DNA of 64,000 nucleotides from Octopus vulgaris (Eukaryota). Below are positions 25,998-39,222 of this stretch, in pieces (the first letter of the stretch is position 1; each line of letters begins with the position of its first letter). The stretch is taken from the NCBI GenBank assembly GCA_951406725.2, contig OX597842.1, forward strand, positions 1,488,001 through 1,552,000. Direction: 5' to 3'. Under the pieces are notes generated by a model that was not told the DNA's origin, did no database searches, and worked only from the letters and a program-made list of their open reading frames with translations. Made by a program: the position numbers and the translations under genes.

Positions 25998-27201
25998 TAT
26001 TGGGTCATCCCATAAATGTGGCTTTTTCAGTTGCATGAACTAAAAAGTCAGAGGGAGACAGGATAAACTACCTGCACCAACTATAAAAGCAGATTGTAAT
26101 TTTACTTTGTTCTTATTCTTAGTGCAAGTTTTGAAGAGTGCAGTTCAATTTTAACAGTTATTTTTCAAAGCTATAATGGAAGTGACAAAGGAGCAAATTC
26201 AGCATATTTTGCTTTATGAGTTCAATAAAGGCAACAACGCAATGGAACGTGCGAGGAACATTAATGTAGTATATGAGGGTCAGGCAATAAATGTAAGATA
26301 ATGTCAACAGGCGCAGGAGTGGCTGTGTGGTAAGTAGCTTGCTTACCAACCACCTGGTTTCGGGTTCAATCCCACTGCGTGGCACCTTAGGCAAGTGTCT
26401 TCTACTATAGCCTCGGGCTGACCAAAGCCTTGTGAGTGGATTTGGCAAATGGAAACTGAAAGAAGCCCATCGTATATATGTATATATATGTGCGTGTGTG
26501 TTTGTGTGTCTGTGTTTGTCCCCCCAACACCGCTTGACAACCGATGCTGGTGTGTTTACGTCCCCATAAATTAGCGGTTCAGCAAAAGAGACCGATAGAA
26601 TAAGTACTGGGCTTACAAAGAATAAGTCCTGGGGTCGATTTGTTCGACTAAAGGCAGTGCTCCAGCATGGCCGCAGTCAAATGACAAACAAGTAAAAGAG
26701 TAAAAGACTAAAGAGTGGGTCCAGAAATTCTGAGCCAGAAACAACAGCTTAGAAGTGACCCTCATCCTGGAAGATCTGTAGAGCTCAACAAGGATGTCCT
26801 GCAAACCCTGGTGGAACAAAATCCCATTGTAACTGTTGAAGAACTACCAGAGAAGCTTGGATTTGGTCATTCAAATATTCATCAACACCTGCATATCATC
26901 AGAAAAATCAACAAACTGGGTCAATGGGTTCCTCACAAACTTCCTGAGTCTAATTGCATGCAGCGAATGAATGTGTGCTCTTCTTTGCAGTCACGTCTCC
27001 AGAATGAACCCTTTTTGGACTGAATAGTGACTGGTGACAAGAAATGGGTTCTCTATAAAAATGTCAAGCCCTGAAGACAGTGGGTAGGGAAAGGAGAAAC
27101 ACGGGCACCCCTAGCAAAGAATGTCTTCACCCATGTAAGGTATTGTTATCTGTTTGGTGGGATATGAAAGGTTTAGTCCCCTTTGAACTTTTAAACTCAA
27201 A
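25998..27201 (+). pseudogene. Mariner transposon remnant (transposase pseudogene interrupted by SINE A)
   Basis: TA + TTGGGTCATCCCA TIR-like start; ATG at 26176 MEVTKEQIQHILLYEFNKG; WVPHKL, IVTGDKKW and KVLLSVWWD motifs; stops and frameshifts. Confidence 0.9.
26310..26712 (+). mobile_element. SINE family A inserted in the mariner
   Basis: Full-length match; transposase homology resumes after it. Confidence 0.9.
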
Positions 27202-27651
27202 CATGAATGGATATGGGATTGCACCTAGAAAGTTGCCCTCCGAGGCACAGGTCTGGGCAAGGTTACTTATGGAAGACCAGCAGTTGCCCATGCAAAATGC
27301 TCCCCCCTCTCCATGCCATTATATGTACAGAGGGTAATGGGTAAAGATTCTCTCCGGTCATGAATGACCATGGGCTTGAATCTAGAAAATTCCTCTTCGA
27401 AGCACAAGTCTGGGCAAGATTGTTTATGGAAGACCAGCGGTCACCCATGCATACCAGCCTCTTCTCTCCAAGCCACCGATGTTGTCCAAGAGAAAGGCAA
27501 AGGGGCTGATACAGCTGGGCACTAGTGAAATAAAGCACCGTGAAATAAAGTGTCTTGCTAAAGAACACAACACACAGCCCAGTCTGGGAATGGAACTCAC
27601 TACCTCATGATTGTGAGTCTGATGCTCTAACCACTGAGCCATGTACCTTCA
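27202..27651 (-). mobile_element. tRNA-derived SINE family D with duplicated 3' part
   Basis: Head GTGAAGGTACATGGCTCAGTGG...GAGTTCCATTCC; homologous to 40278-40611. Confidence 0.75.
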
Positions 27652-27995
27652 CTTGATGATGATGATAATGATAATGCTGTTACTGATGATTATGATGATA
27701 ATGGTACTGATAGTGCTGAGGATGGTGATGGTGGTGATGATGATAATGTTGACAATGGTGATGATAATGCTGCTGGTGTTGATGATGATGATAATATTGA
27801 TTATTATGACATTGATGATGATGATGCTGTAACCAATTATGAGATGATTTAATTTCACAGAAAAATCAAAGGAAAAAGCTTTGAATCAGATTAAATTTCC
27901 AAAAATGGGGGGGAAAAAATTATTTTTTCTTTCATTGAAGTCGTACAACTACATTTCTTTGGTGTTGTTGTGATTTGCTGGTGGTGGTGGGTCAC

Positions 27996-28205
27996 ACTAC
28001 TTGTTGGTATTAATTGGTGTCGGTGGTGTAAGTGATGGTGAAGGCGGTGTTGGTGGCAATGATGGTGGTGGTGTTGGCCTTGGTGGCAGTGGTGGTGATG
28101 TGGGTAATGGCTACAGGTATGTTGCTATATCATATTCTAAATTTATTTGTTCGTAATGTGTTAGTATATGTGATTATATACCACTTGTGTGTGCATGTGT
28201 ATATT

Positions 28206-28238
<33 letters not shown>

Positions 28239-28505
28239 TCACACATGTCCTTGTTTCAGTATACATTCACTGCTTTCTTCCAAGGAATCTAATGCTCTTA
28301 GCTTAGTTTTTCCTTGGGGCTGGCCAGATTGGAACAATCTCAAGAATAATCAGCCGAAATTGCGAGGATATTCTGGTGCTTGACTGAAGATAGAAAACTT
28401 CGAATGACCCGTACTTGTTTTCTTTGTATCATCTAACTGGATGTTTTGCTGTCCCTTTTTGTATAACCTAGCTGTCCGGATGTTTTGTATTCTTGTCCCA
28501 TTTTG

Positions 28506-28548
<43 letters not shown>

Positions 28549-29011
28549 AAAAATAGGATAAAATCTTTATAAGAATTTATCAAGTAGTTAGCGTGAAAAA
28601 CTTTATAAAAGAAAAAATCCACCAATTTTTTTCACTTAAATATATTTATTTTATATAGAGGCCAATACTATACAAAATGCCACATGCTGGGAGGGACTCT
28701 AAAAGCCAAAACTACCGAGTTGAATTCGGTATAATGTGATTATTTATTTTGATAGTTTTGACTTTAAGAGTCCCTCCTAGTGTGTGGCATTTATGTATAG
28801 TAATGCCCTCTATATAATATAAATATATATATATCACATATACTAACACATTCCGAACAAATAAATTTGGAATATGATATAGCAACATACCTGTAGCCAT
28901 TACCCACATCACCACCACTGCCACCAAGGCCAACACCACCACCATCATTGCCACCAACACCACCTTCACCATCACTTACAACACCGACACCAATTAATAC
29001 CAACAAGTAGT
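27996..29011. repeat. Inverted duplication, 179-bp arms with about 4 mismatches
   Basis: 27996-28174 versus reverse complement 28833-29011. Confidence 0.92.
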
Positions 29012-29059
29012 ATATATGATGATGATGATGATGATGATGCATAGGATCCATAAAAATGT

Positions 29060-29720
29060 TAGAGACTCAGGAAATTGATTCTCTCAAATGTCCTGGTGGC
29101 TCGTTAGAGGCTATAGATAATTTCTGCTACCCAGGGGACCAAATTAGTTGTGGGAGAGGATGCACAGAGAGTGTGATTGCTAGAATAAGAATAGAATAGA
29201 GGAAATTCAGAGAGTTCCTACCTCTGTCAGCCACAAAAGGTTTCTCTCTCCGAGTGTAAGGAAGATTGTATGATGCTTGTGTATGGATGGTAATTCTACA
29301 TGGTAGTGAGATGTGGGCCCTGAATGTAGAGGACATGCAAAGGTTAGGAAGGAATGAGGCCAGTATGCTCTGCTGGGTGTGTAATGCAAGCGTACGTGTT
29401 CAACAGAGAGCTAGGGGTTTGAGAGAGAAGTTAGGCATAATGGCCACAGCTCGTGAGCTGAAACTAGATAAAATATAAAAAATATAAATATAAGAGAAAT
29501 GGGTGCTGTGTGCAAGGGACAAGACTGTATTGGTGTGGGCATGTGATGAGGATGGATGTTGACAGTTCCATAAAGAAGTGCTGATCTCTTCAATTGGATG
29601 TAACACATGGAAGTCAAGGGATGAAGTACTGAAGAACGATCTTAGGAAACTGAACCTTTGAAGCAAGATGAAGAAGGACTGAGATAGCTGACACCTGGTT
29701 GTACTCAAGAAGGCCCATAG
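29060..29720 (+). pseudogene. RTE-type LINE ORF C-terminal fragment
   Basis: Translation FCYPGDQIS...GRLYDACVWMVILHGSEMWALNVEDMQRL...LREKLGI, with stops. Confidence 0.8.
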
Positions 29721-29769
29721 CCCACAGCAGAAGTGTTAAGACCAGTTCTGCTGGTGGTGTTAAGCACTC

Positions 29770-30004
29770 ATGGTGGTGCTTTGTAAAAGTGCCAATGCTG
29801 CATCACATAAAAGCACCCGTGCTGTGCCATGTAAGAGTGCCCATGTGGCACCATGTAAAAATACCCATGTGGCACCATGTAAAAATGCCTGTAGGGAACC
29901 ATGTAAAAGTGTCTATGTGGCACCGTGTAAAAGTGCTTACGTGGCACCATGTACATATGCCCATATGGAACCATGTAAAAGTGTCCATGTGGCACAGTGT
30001 AAAA
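29770..30004. repeat. 24-bp minisatellite (GTGGCACCATGTAAAAGTGCCCAT), about 9 copies
   Basis: CATGTAA at 29828, 29852, 29876, 29900...; leads into a family E module. Confidence 0.85.
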
Positions 30005-30719
30005 TCACCTGGCACACTCTGTAAAGTGTTTGGCATTAGGAAGTGCATCCAGCCATAGAAACCAGGTCAAAACAGAATGGAGTTTGGTGCAGCTCCCCAA
30101 CTTGCCAGCTCTGGTCAAACCATTCAACCCATGCCAGTATGGACGACAGACGTTAAATGATGATGATGATGGTATGCAGTGGTGAGCTGGTAGAACCATT
30201 AGCACGCCGGGCGAAATATTCAGCGGTATTTTGCCTGCCATTACTTTCTGAGTTCAAATTCCGCCGAGGTCGACTTTGCATTTCATCCTTTTGGGGTCGA
30301 TTAAATAAGTACCAGTTACATACTGGGGTCAATATAATCGACTTAATCCGTTTGTCTGCCCTTGATTGTCCTCTCTGTGTTTAGCCCCTTGTGGGTAGTA
30401 AAGGAATAGATATACATACATATCATCATCATTTAACGTATGTTTTTCATGTTGGCATGGGTGGAACGGTTTATCAGGAGCTGTCAAGCCAGAGAACTGC
30501 ACCAGGCACCACTGTCTGTTTTGGTATGGTTTTCACAGTTGGATGCCCTTCCTAGTACCAACCAACTTACAGAGTGGACTGGATGCATTTTACATGCCAC
30601 CAGCCCTGGTAGGGGTCACCAAGTAACCTGCAAGACAAAGATCCTTTGAGAGGGTGGGTGGGGGTGACAGCTTTGTGCCAGGTGAGAGGTTAGAGTGTGA
30701 CAGAAGGATAGAAATAGAA

Positions 30720-31133
30720 GGTGGTGAGCTGACAGAATCGTTAGCACGCCGGGCGAAATGCTTTACAGTATTTCATCTGCCGCTACGTTCTGAGTTCAAA
30801 TTCCACTGAGGTCGACTTTGCCTTTCATCCTTTCGGGGTCGATAAATTAAGTACCAGTTATGCACTGGGGTCGATGTAATCAACTTAATCCATTTGTCTG
30901 TCCATGTTTGTCCTCTCTGTGTTTAGCCACTTGTGGGTAGTAAAGTAATAGGTATTTTGTTTGCTGCTATGTTCTGAGTTCAAATTCCGCTAAGGTCGAC
31001 TTTGCCTTTCATCCTTTTGGGGTCAATTAAATAAGTACCAGTTATGCACTGGGGTCGATGTAATTGACTTAATCCCTTTGTCTGTCCTTGTTTGTCCCCT
31101 CTGTGTTTAGCCCCTTTAGACAGTAAAGAAATA
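30720..31133 (+). mobile_element. SINE family C dimer (monomer at 30175-30409)
   Basis: Head GGTGAGCTGACAGAATCGTTAGCACGCC plus two bodies. Confidence 0.85.
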
Positions 31134-31438
31134 AGGATAGAAACAGGTGTGTTACTGCAGAGGGGATACATGGCTATCCCAGTCAGAAGCAGAGAGAGAG
31201 AGCGAGATCAATAATGAAAGAGAGAGGGTGGGAGAGAGCGAATGTGGGACAATGCAAGAGGGAGCCAAGTGAGAGAGAGGAGTGAGAGAGAGGAGTGAGA
31301 GAGAGAGAAGGGTGAGAGAGAGAGAGATTTCTGAAGTGCCAGGACATGTGCTCAAGTTACGGGGATCAGACAATAAGGGGCATGGTAGAGTATTATCAAA
31401 GGTGATTTGGTAAGCGGTGTTGATTTTACAATTCTGAA

Positions 31439-31499
<61 letters not shown>

Positions 31500-31679
31500 T
31501 TTTGTAAGCTTAATGCCTATAAGTGATCGCTGGGTGTTGACTCAAGAAAACAGCCAGATATTGGGGCAAATAAGCTTTAAGCTTTTCAAATATTATTTAT
31601 AGAATATTGTGCATACACATACAGAATACAAGTTAAGCGATAAAGCACAGACTTGCACCAAGTAGGAATACAATATTGT

Positions 31680-32062
31680 ACGTATATATATATATACATA
31701 CAGAAAAAAAAAAATATATATATATATACATACATATATCTTTATCTATCTATCTTTATATATATATATATTTATCTATCAATCTACATACATATATATT
31801 TATCTAAATATATATATGTATATATATAACTATACATATACATATATATATATATTATATATGTATGTGTGTATATATATATACACACATACAGACACTC
31901 ATCCAGGCATTATGTTCAGTACACAAAACCGTATTATACACGATTATATGTTTATGTGTCTATGTGTGTATAAAAATATATATATGTCTATCTCTATTAA
32001 TCTATCTATCTGCCTATCAACCTATCTCTCTCTCTCTCCCCATTTATTTATCTACCTTTCTA

Positions 32063-32108
<46 letters not shown>

Positions 32109-32161
32109 CATACACATATATATATATATACACACACACACATATATATACATATATATAT

Positions 32162-32208
<47 letters not shown>

Positions 32209-32329
32209 TATATACATATATATGCACACACACACACACATATATACATATATACACACACACATATATACATATATACACACACACACACACACATATA
32301 TATACATATACACACACACACACATATAC

Positions 32330-32360
<31 letters not shown>

Positions 32361-32433
32361 CACACACACACACATATACATATATACACACACACACACA
32401 TATACATATATACACACACACATATACATATAT

Positions 32434-32470
<37 letters not shown>

Positions 32471-32540
32471 CACATATATGAATACACAAGCACATATTTG
32501 TATGTGTGTGTATACAGACAGACACACACACACACACACA
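31680..32540. repeat. (TA/CA)n compound microsatellite
   Basis: Direct reading. Confidence 0.9.
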
Positions 32541-33057
32541 TGTAGCCTGTAGGTAATAAGAAAGTCAATTTCCATTTAAAAGCTAATTAAAATATTAATT
32601 AGGTTTGACAATTAAATAAATTGATTACAAATTGAAGTGGAATATATCATTAATATAAAGGTATTGGTTGTGGTGGTATTGGTGGTGGTAGGCAGTGTAT
32701 GTGGTAGGTAGGGGTTATAGTATAGGTGCTGGTGTAGTTGTGTTGTTGGTGGTTTAGGCAGTAGTGGTGGCAGCAGTGTTGGTGGCTGGTGTTGTTGTCT
32801 GTGGTGGTGAAGGTGGTGGTGGTGGTAGTTGAGGTGATAGTGTTGTTGTTGTTGGTGGTGGTGGTTGTGGTGGCACAGTACAGGCTTTGCTAGCATGTAA
32901 ATGGTTGTCTTGATGGTAGTTCTTAGACTGGTATGGTGGTAACGCTGATGGTGAAGATGATGGTGTGGTAGTGGTGATAGTAATAATTGTGGTAGTGTAG
33001 GCTATAGTAGTGAATGTAGTAGTGGTGTTAGCACTATAAGTGTTATTTGAGTCCTGA

Positions 33058-33100
<43 letters not shown>

Positions 33101-33689
33101 GGTGGTGGTGGTAGTAGTGGTGGTAGTAGTAGTGGTGGTGGTGGTGGTGGTGGTGGTAGTAGTGGTAGTAGTAGTGGTGGTGGTGGGGTAGTAGTGGTAG
33201 TAGTGGTGATGGTGGTTGTAGTAGTGGTGTCGGTGATGATGGTGGTGGTGATTGTGGTTGTAGTAGTAGTAGCTGTGGTGGGTAGTGGTGTAGTGATGTT
33301 GGTCGAAATAGTAGTAGTAGTAGTATATGTGGCAGTAGTGCTGTTGGTGGTATGGTGGTTGTGGTGCTGGTTTTGCTAGCATGTAATTGGTTGTTGTGGC
33401 AGTAGTTCTTAGACTGGTTATGCTGATAGCGTGGTATTTGTGGTAGCGTAGGTTATAGTAGTAATTGTAGTCATGGTGTTAGTACTATAGGTGTTACTTG
33501 AGTAACTACTGTTGATAGTAGTAGTTGATTACATTGACCCCCAATGTTTCACTGGTACTTAAAATATTGACCCTGAAAGGATGAAAGGTAAAGTCAACCT
33601 CGATGGAATTTGAACTCAGAATGCGAGGGTAGACAAAATACCTCTAAGCATTTTGTCCAGTGTGCTAACGATTCTGCCAGCTCGCTACC

Positions 33690-33748
<59 letters not shown>

Positions 33749-33969
33749 CCTTTCTATTATAGACATAAGGCCTGAAATTTGGGGGAGGGCACTAATTGAT
33801 TATATCGACCCCAGTGTTTCACTGGTACTTAATTTATGGATCCTCAAAGGATAAAAGGCAAAGTCGACCTCAGTAGAATTTGAACTCAAAACATCCAGAC
33901 AGATGAAACGCCGCAAAGTATTTTACTCAGCATGCTAACAGCCCAACCAGCTTACCACCTTGATAATAA

Positions 33970-34545
33970 TGGCAAGCTGGCAGAAACGTTAACACGCTGG
34001 GTGAAATGCTTAGCGGTGTTTCGTCTGCCACTGCGTTCTGAGTTCAAATTCCGTCGAGGTCGACTTTGCCTTTCATTCTTTCGGGGTCGATTAAATAAGT
34101 ACCAGTTACACACTGGGGTCGATGTAATCTACTTAATCCCTTTGTCTGTCCTTGTTTGTCCCCTCTGTGTTTAGCCCCTTGTGGGTAGTAAAGAAATAGG
34201 TATTTCGTCTGCCACTACATTCTGAGTTCTAATTCCGCTGCGGTCAACTTTGCCTTTCATCCTTTCGGGGTCGATAAATTAAGTACCAGTTACACACTGG
34301 GGTCGATGTAATCTACTTAATCCCTTTGTCTGTCCTTGTTTGTCCCCTCTGTGTTTAGCCCCTTGTGGGTAATAAAGAAATAGGTATTTCGTCTGCCACT
34401 ACGTTCTGAGTTCAAATTCCGTCGAGGTCGACTTTGCCTTTCATTCTTTCGGGGTCGATTAAATGAGTACCAGTTATGCACTGGGATCAATGTAATCGAC
34501 TTAATCCATTTGTCTGTCCTTGTTTGTCCCTTCTGTATTTAGCCC
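33970..34545 (+). mobile_element. SINE family C trimer
   Basis: One head and three ~183-185-bp bodies. Confidence 0.88.
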
Positions 34546-35159
34546 CGTGTGTGTGCAAATGTGTGTGTGTTTGAGTGTGTGCATGTGTGTGTGTATTGAT
34601 TGTGTATGTGTGCGGTATAAACAGGTGAATAGCTAGTGTAATATATGTGTGTGTGTGTGTATAAAAATGTCTGGGGAGGCACATGTATGTGCAAATGTGT
34701 GTGTGTATATGTGTATATGCATGTGTGTGTGTATACTGATTGTGTATGTATGTAGTGCATGTGTGTGCGAGTGTGCACTGTGTTGTCTGGAAGTGTGTAT
34801 GTGTGTGCACATTTTGTTTGCAGGTCTGTGTGTGCATGTGTATGTACATTTGTATTGTGTCTGCCGGTGTGTCTGTGAGTGTGTGTGCACGTGTGTGTGT
34901 ATATGCATTAGTGTGTGTGTGTGTGTATTATGTTTGCATGTCTATATATGTGTTTGCATGTTTCCATTATGTTTGTGAGTGTGTATGTGTGTGTGTGTGC
35001 GCGCGCACACACATACACGTTTGATAAGAAGCTTGCTTGCTGACCACATGGTTTTGGGTTCAGTCCCACTCTGTGGCACCCTGGGCAAGTGTCTTCTATA
35101 CTATAGCCTCAGGCCAACCAAAGCCTTGTGAGTGGATTTAAGCTGAAAGAAGCCAGTCA

Positions 35160-35593
35160 TCTCTCTATATATATAAACGGCAGTTTGTCTGTCTGTGTGT
35201 CTGTCAGGTTGTACCCTCACCCTGACCATGGCTTTCAACTGATTCTGATGAAACTTGATACACACATAGCCCAATGTCATAATTCAAAACTAATGCAGTG
35301 AAAATTTTGAAAAGTTCCCCCAGTTCTGAAAAAGATCGATAAATTCGACATGGGGTCGAGAATCTAAGCTTTTTATATGCAACACATTTTCTGTCTGGGG
35401 TACACAACTCAACCTTTTTATCGCCCAAAGGGACAGCTAGGAACATCGTATACACAGAAGTATTCAAGTGAAGAGAAGACATTGCAACCTACACATGCGC
35501 CTTCGTTCCCTAGAGGGAAAGGACTAGATTGGGATTAGTCGTTGCCTACTAGGGGCTCTTACATACTCGGGCAACGCCGGGCTATGCTACTAG
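35160..35593 (+). mobile_element. Non-autonomous Helitron
   Basis: 5' TC after A, (TGTC)n, subterminal hairpin CGGGCAACGCCGGG, 3' CTAG followed by T. Confidence 0.7.
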
Positions 35594-36051
35594 TACATAT
35601 ATATATCAGAAAATGAAATAAGAATGTAACAGATGACAATAAAAACATACAGGCAGATAGAGGATACAAAGACGAACAGGAAAAAACAAGGATGGATCAT
35701 TTGTGGCCTTTTGTTCATCAGTCAAGTTTCCAAATGATCATTACATTTTCGGCCTGTTACACTTAAGACCATTCAAAATTGTCTGGCCCCAAAAATCTAA
35801 GCTAAGAGCATTAAATTTTTGGAAGAAAGCCAGACTAAAAAAAAAGAAAACAGAGAAAATGTTACACAATTACAAATACAAACAAGAGAATAAAAACAGA
35901 AGTCTTTTGACTAATAAAGACGAATCAAGTTGAAGAGGTTTGTGGAGTGAAAGCCTTGAGGCACAAACATTGATGAAAGTCAAGAGACAAGGAAACAAGA
36001 GGTGCTATATATATATATATACATACACACGCACATACACATATATATGTA

Positions 36052-36583
36052 TTGGGTTGTCCGGAAATTTTGTGCCGATTTTTAAAGGAAAGAAAATGGT
36101 CAATAAATACTTGCTATTACATTTTTAATCAACCAAATACAAACCATTTTGTTGCACAATGCATCTCCGTCTTTCCTTTAACTTGAAAATACCCTCTTCC
36201 CAGAAATGAGGTGGTTTCATGGCAAAGAATTAGTCAAGGTATCTTTTTACGTCATCCAAGGAATTGAAATTTTTACCATTAAGACTATTCTGCAGAGACC
36301 TGAATAGGTCTTATTGAGGTTTTGGTTGCTTGTGAGGCATTTTTCCCTTTACGGAAAAAGAAAAGCATCAAGTGCCGAAAATAAACTTTCTTGTCATCCG
36401 TTTTATAGGGTTACAAAATTAACACAGGTTATAGGAACATAAACTTTCTTCCACGAAAAGATAGCTTAAACTGTGCTCTAAATGGAGTTGTAGTCAAATC
36501 CTATTTTATGGACTCAACCATGTTCTAAAATAAGTCGAAAGTTAAGCTACTATAAATCAGCACGAACTTTCCGGACAACCCAA
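36052..36583 (-). mobile_element. Internally deleted mariner with both TIRs
   Basis: TTGGGTTGTCCGGAAA / TTTCCGGACAACCCAA; minus strand encodes FRSLQNSLNGKNFNSLDDVK...FWEEGIFKL. Confidence 0.88.
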
Positions 36584-36868
36584 TGTGTATATATATATAT
36601 ATATATATTATATCACCATGACAAACTAGGCTATCAGATGTTGCTACACATCGCTGGTCACAGTGTGCTTCGCATTGTTTCTTAGCCTTTAAATGACACC
36701 ACCCCGCTGGCTAAGCGTGCAGGCCAACAGAAGAAAGAGTGAAAGAAAGTTATCGTGAAAGAGTACACCATCCCCTGCCGGAGCCTCGTGAAGCTTTAGG
36801 TGTTTTCAATCAATAAACACTCACAACACCCGGTCTGGGAATCGAAACCGCATATATATATATATATA

Positions 36869-37204
36869 CATGGTTCCGGTTTCAGTCCCACTGCGTGGCA
36901 CCTTGGGCAAGTTTCTTCTACTATAGCCTCGGGCCGACCAAAGCCTTGTGAGTGGATTTGGTAGACGGAAACTGATAGAAGCCCGTCGTATATATGTATA
37001 TATATATGTGTGTATGTGTTTGTGTGTCTGTGTTTGTCTCCCTAGCATTGCTTGCCCCCATTACTTAGCGGTTTGGCAAAAGAGACCGATAGAATAAGTA
37101 CTGGGCTCACAAAGAATAAGTCCCGGGGTCGATTTGCTTGACTTAAAGGCGGTGCTCCAGCATGGCCGCAGTCAACTGACTGAAACAAGTAAAAGAGTAA
37201 AAGA
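36869..37204 (+). mobile_element. SINE family A (5'-truncated)
   Basis: Sequence match. Confidence 0.85.
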
Positions 37205-37327
37205 GTATATATATATATATGTACACAAGGTGGTCGCTAGAAAAGGGGAAAATTCACGAAATGCCAAATTATATTTTCACAAGATCTATTTAAGGTAAAC
37301 AATTAGCTTCACGGAGCATGATATAAT

Positions 37328-37711
37328 GAGAAGCACTCTGTCGGTTACGATGACGAGGGTTCCGGTTGATCCGATCAACGGAACAGCCTGCTAGTGAAAT
37401 TAACGTGTAAGTGGCTGAGCACTCCACAGACACGTGTACCCTTAACGTAGTTCTCGGGGATATTCAGCGTGACACAGAGAGTGACAAGGCCGGCCCCTTT
37501 GAAATACAGGTACAACAGAAACAGGAAGTGAGAGTGAGAGAAAGTTGTGGTGAAAGAGTACAGCAGGGATCACCACCATCCCCTGCCGGAGCCTCGTGGA
37601 GCTTTTAGGTGTTTTCGCTCAATAAACACTCACAACGCCCGGTCTGGGAATCGAAACCGCGATCCTACGACCGCGAGTCCGCTGCCCTAACCACTGGGCC
37701 ATTGCGCCTCC
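37328..37711 (-). mobile_element. SINE family B with TSD CATGATATAAT, inside a TIR element (~37225-38009)
   Basis: TSD at 37317-37327 and 37715-37725; outer GGTGGTCGCTAGAA / TTCTAGTGACCACC. Confidence 0.9.
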
Positions 37712-38030
37712 ACACATGATATAATATTACCACTCACAAATGTTCAAAATGTCTTCCATGCACATTGTGACAGCGTTTTAATTGAGAAATCAAAGCTTGT
37801 GCGGCATTTTGAAGTGTAACTTGTGGGATGCCATTCCAAGTTATATGGCATCAATATTTCTATATCTCTGCTAATAACAAGCTCCAGACAAAGGAATCGA
37901 TAATAGAAACAAAGAATCAGAGACAACCTATCACACAGTTTATTGAAGATCTAATTAACGCCTTTTAGTTTCGCTTTCAAATTTTCTACTGTTCTAGTGA
38001 CCACCCAGTAAATATGTATATTACTCTCTT

Positions 38031-38428
38031 TCTCTTTTACTTGTTTCAGTCATTTGACTGTGGCCATGCTAGAGCACTGCCTTTATAGTTGAGCAAATCG
38101 ACCCCAGAGCTTATTCTTTGTAAGCCAGTACTTATTCTACTGGACTCTTTTGCTGAACCACTAAGTTATGGGGATGTAAACACACCAGCATCAGTTGTCA
38201 AGCGATGCTGGGGGGACAAACAGACACACAAACATATACATACATACATACATATATATATATACGACGGGCATCTTCCAGTTTCCATCTACCAAATCCA
38301 CTCACAAGGCTTTGGCCAGCCCGAGGCTATAGTAGAAGACACTTGCTCAAGGTACCATGCAGTAGGATTGAACCCAGGACCATGTGGTTCGTAAGCAAGC
38401 TACCTACCCCACAGCCACTCCTGTGCCT
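38031..38428 (-). mobile_element. SINE family A (further partial copies at 38430-38575 + and 38640-38797 -)
   Basis: Sequence match. Confidence 0.85.
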
Positions 38429-38589
38429 ATGTGATAAGAAGCTTTCTTCCCAACCACATGCTTCAGGTTCAGTCCCACTGCATGGCACCTTGGTTAACTC
38501 TCTCCTACTATAATCTCAGGTTAACCAGAGCTTTGTGAGTGAACTTGGTAGAGGGAAACTGAAAGAAGCCTGTTGTATTTACATGCGTG

Positions 38590-38640
<51 letters not shown>

Positions 38641-39117
38641 TGGACTCCCTTCAGTTTCTGTCTACCAAATCAACTCACGTTTTGGTCAGCCCAAAGCTAT
38701 AGCAGAAGACACTTGCCTAAAGTGCAACATAGTGTAACTGAACCCAGAATCATGTGGTTGGGAAGCAGACTTCTTACCACACAACCACTCCTGTGCCTCT
38801 GTGTGTGTGTGTGTGAGTGTGTATATATATATATATAATTAATATTAATATTAGGGAAGTTATTTCCGAGTCCACAGGCGAGAGAAGTTCAATTTAGTGG
38901 TACTAAAATGAATTACTCACTGTATTATATACATATATATATATAGTTAGGTTTAAGAGACAGAATCACCCTCAAGCAACTCAATCACCATAGAACGACA
39001 TTATCCACAATAGGTACTTATAGGACTAAATATTAAAATTATCAATATTAATACCTACAATTCTTATTCCAAATCATCAAAATTAATACCTTCAATTCTT
39101 ATTTCAAATCTTATACT

Positions 39118-39222
39118 TTACTACGTGCGTTTCACGACAACATATTCCTTGATATTGCTGAAATAGAATGTCTCTACATACAATACCATATAAAAATGAT
39201 TATATTGCCAATCTTCAGGTCT
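39118..39222 (-). ncRNA. Hammerhead-like motif with long stem II
   Basis: CTGAAGA-ttggcaatata...tatgttgtcgt-GAAA-cgcacg-TA; stem I weak. Confidence 0.45.

Noticed and set aside
29699-30058. Cys/His-rich repeat ORFs (VAPCKS...)
   Set aside because: Translation of a 24-bp minisatellite belonging to a retroposon module
35245-35256. CTGATGAAAC as a hammerhead core
   Set aside because: No stem II between CTGATGA and GAAA; internal Helitron sequence
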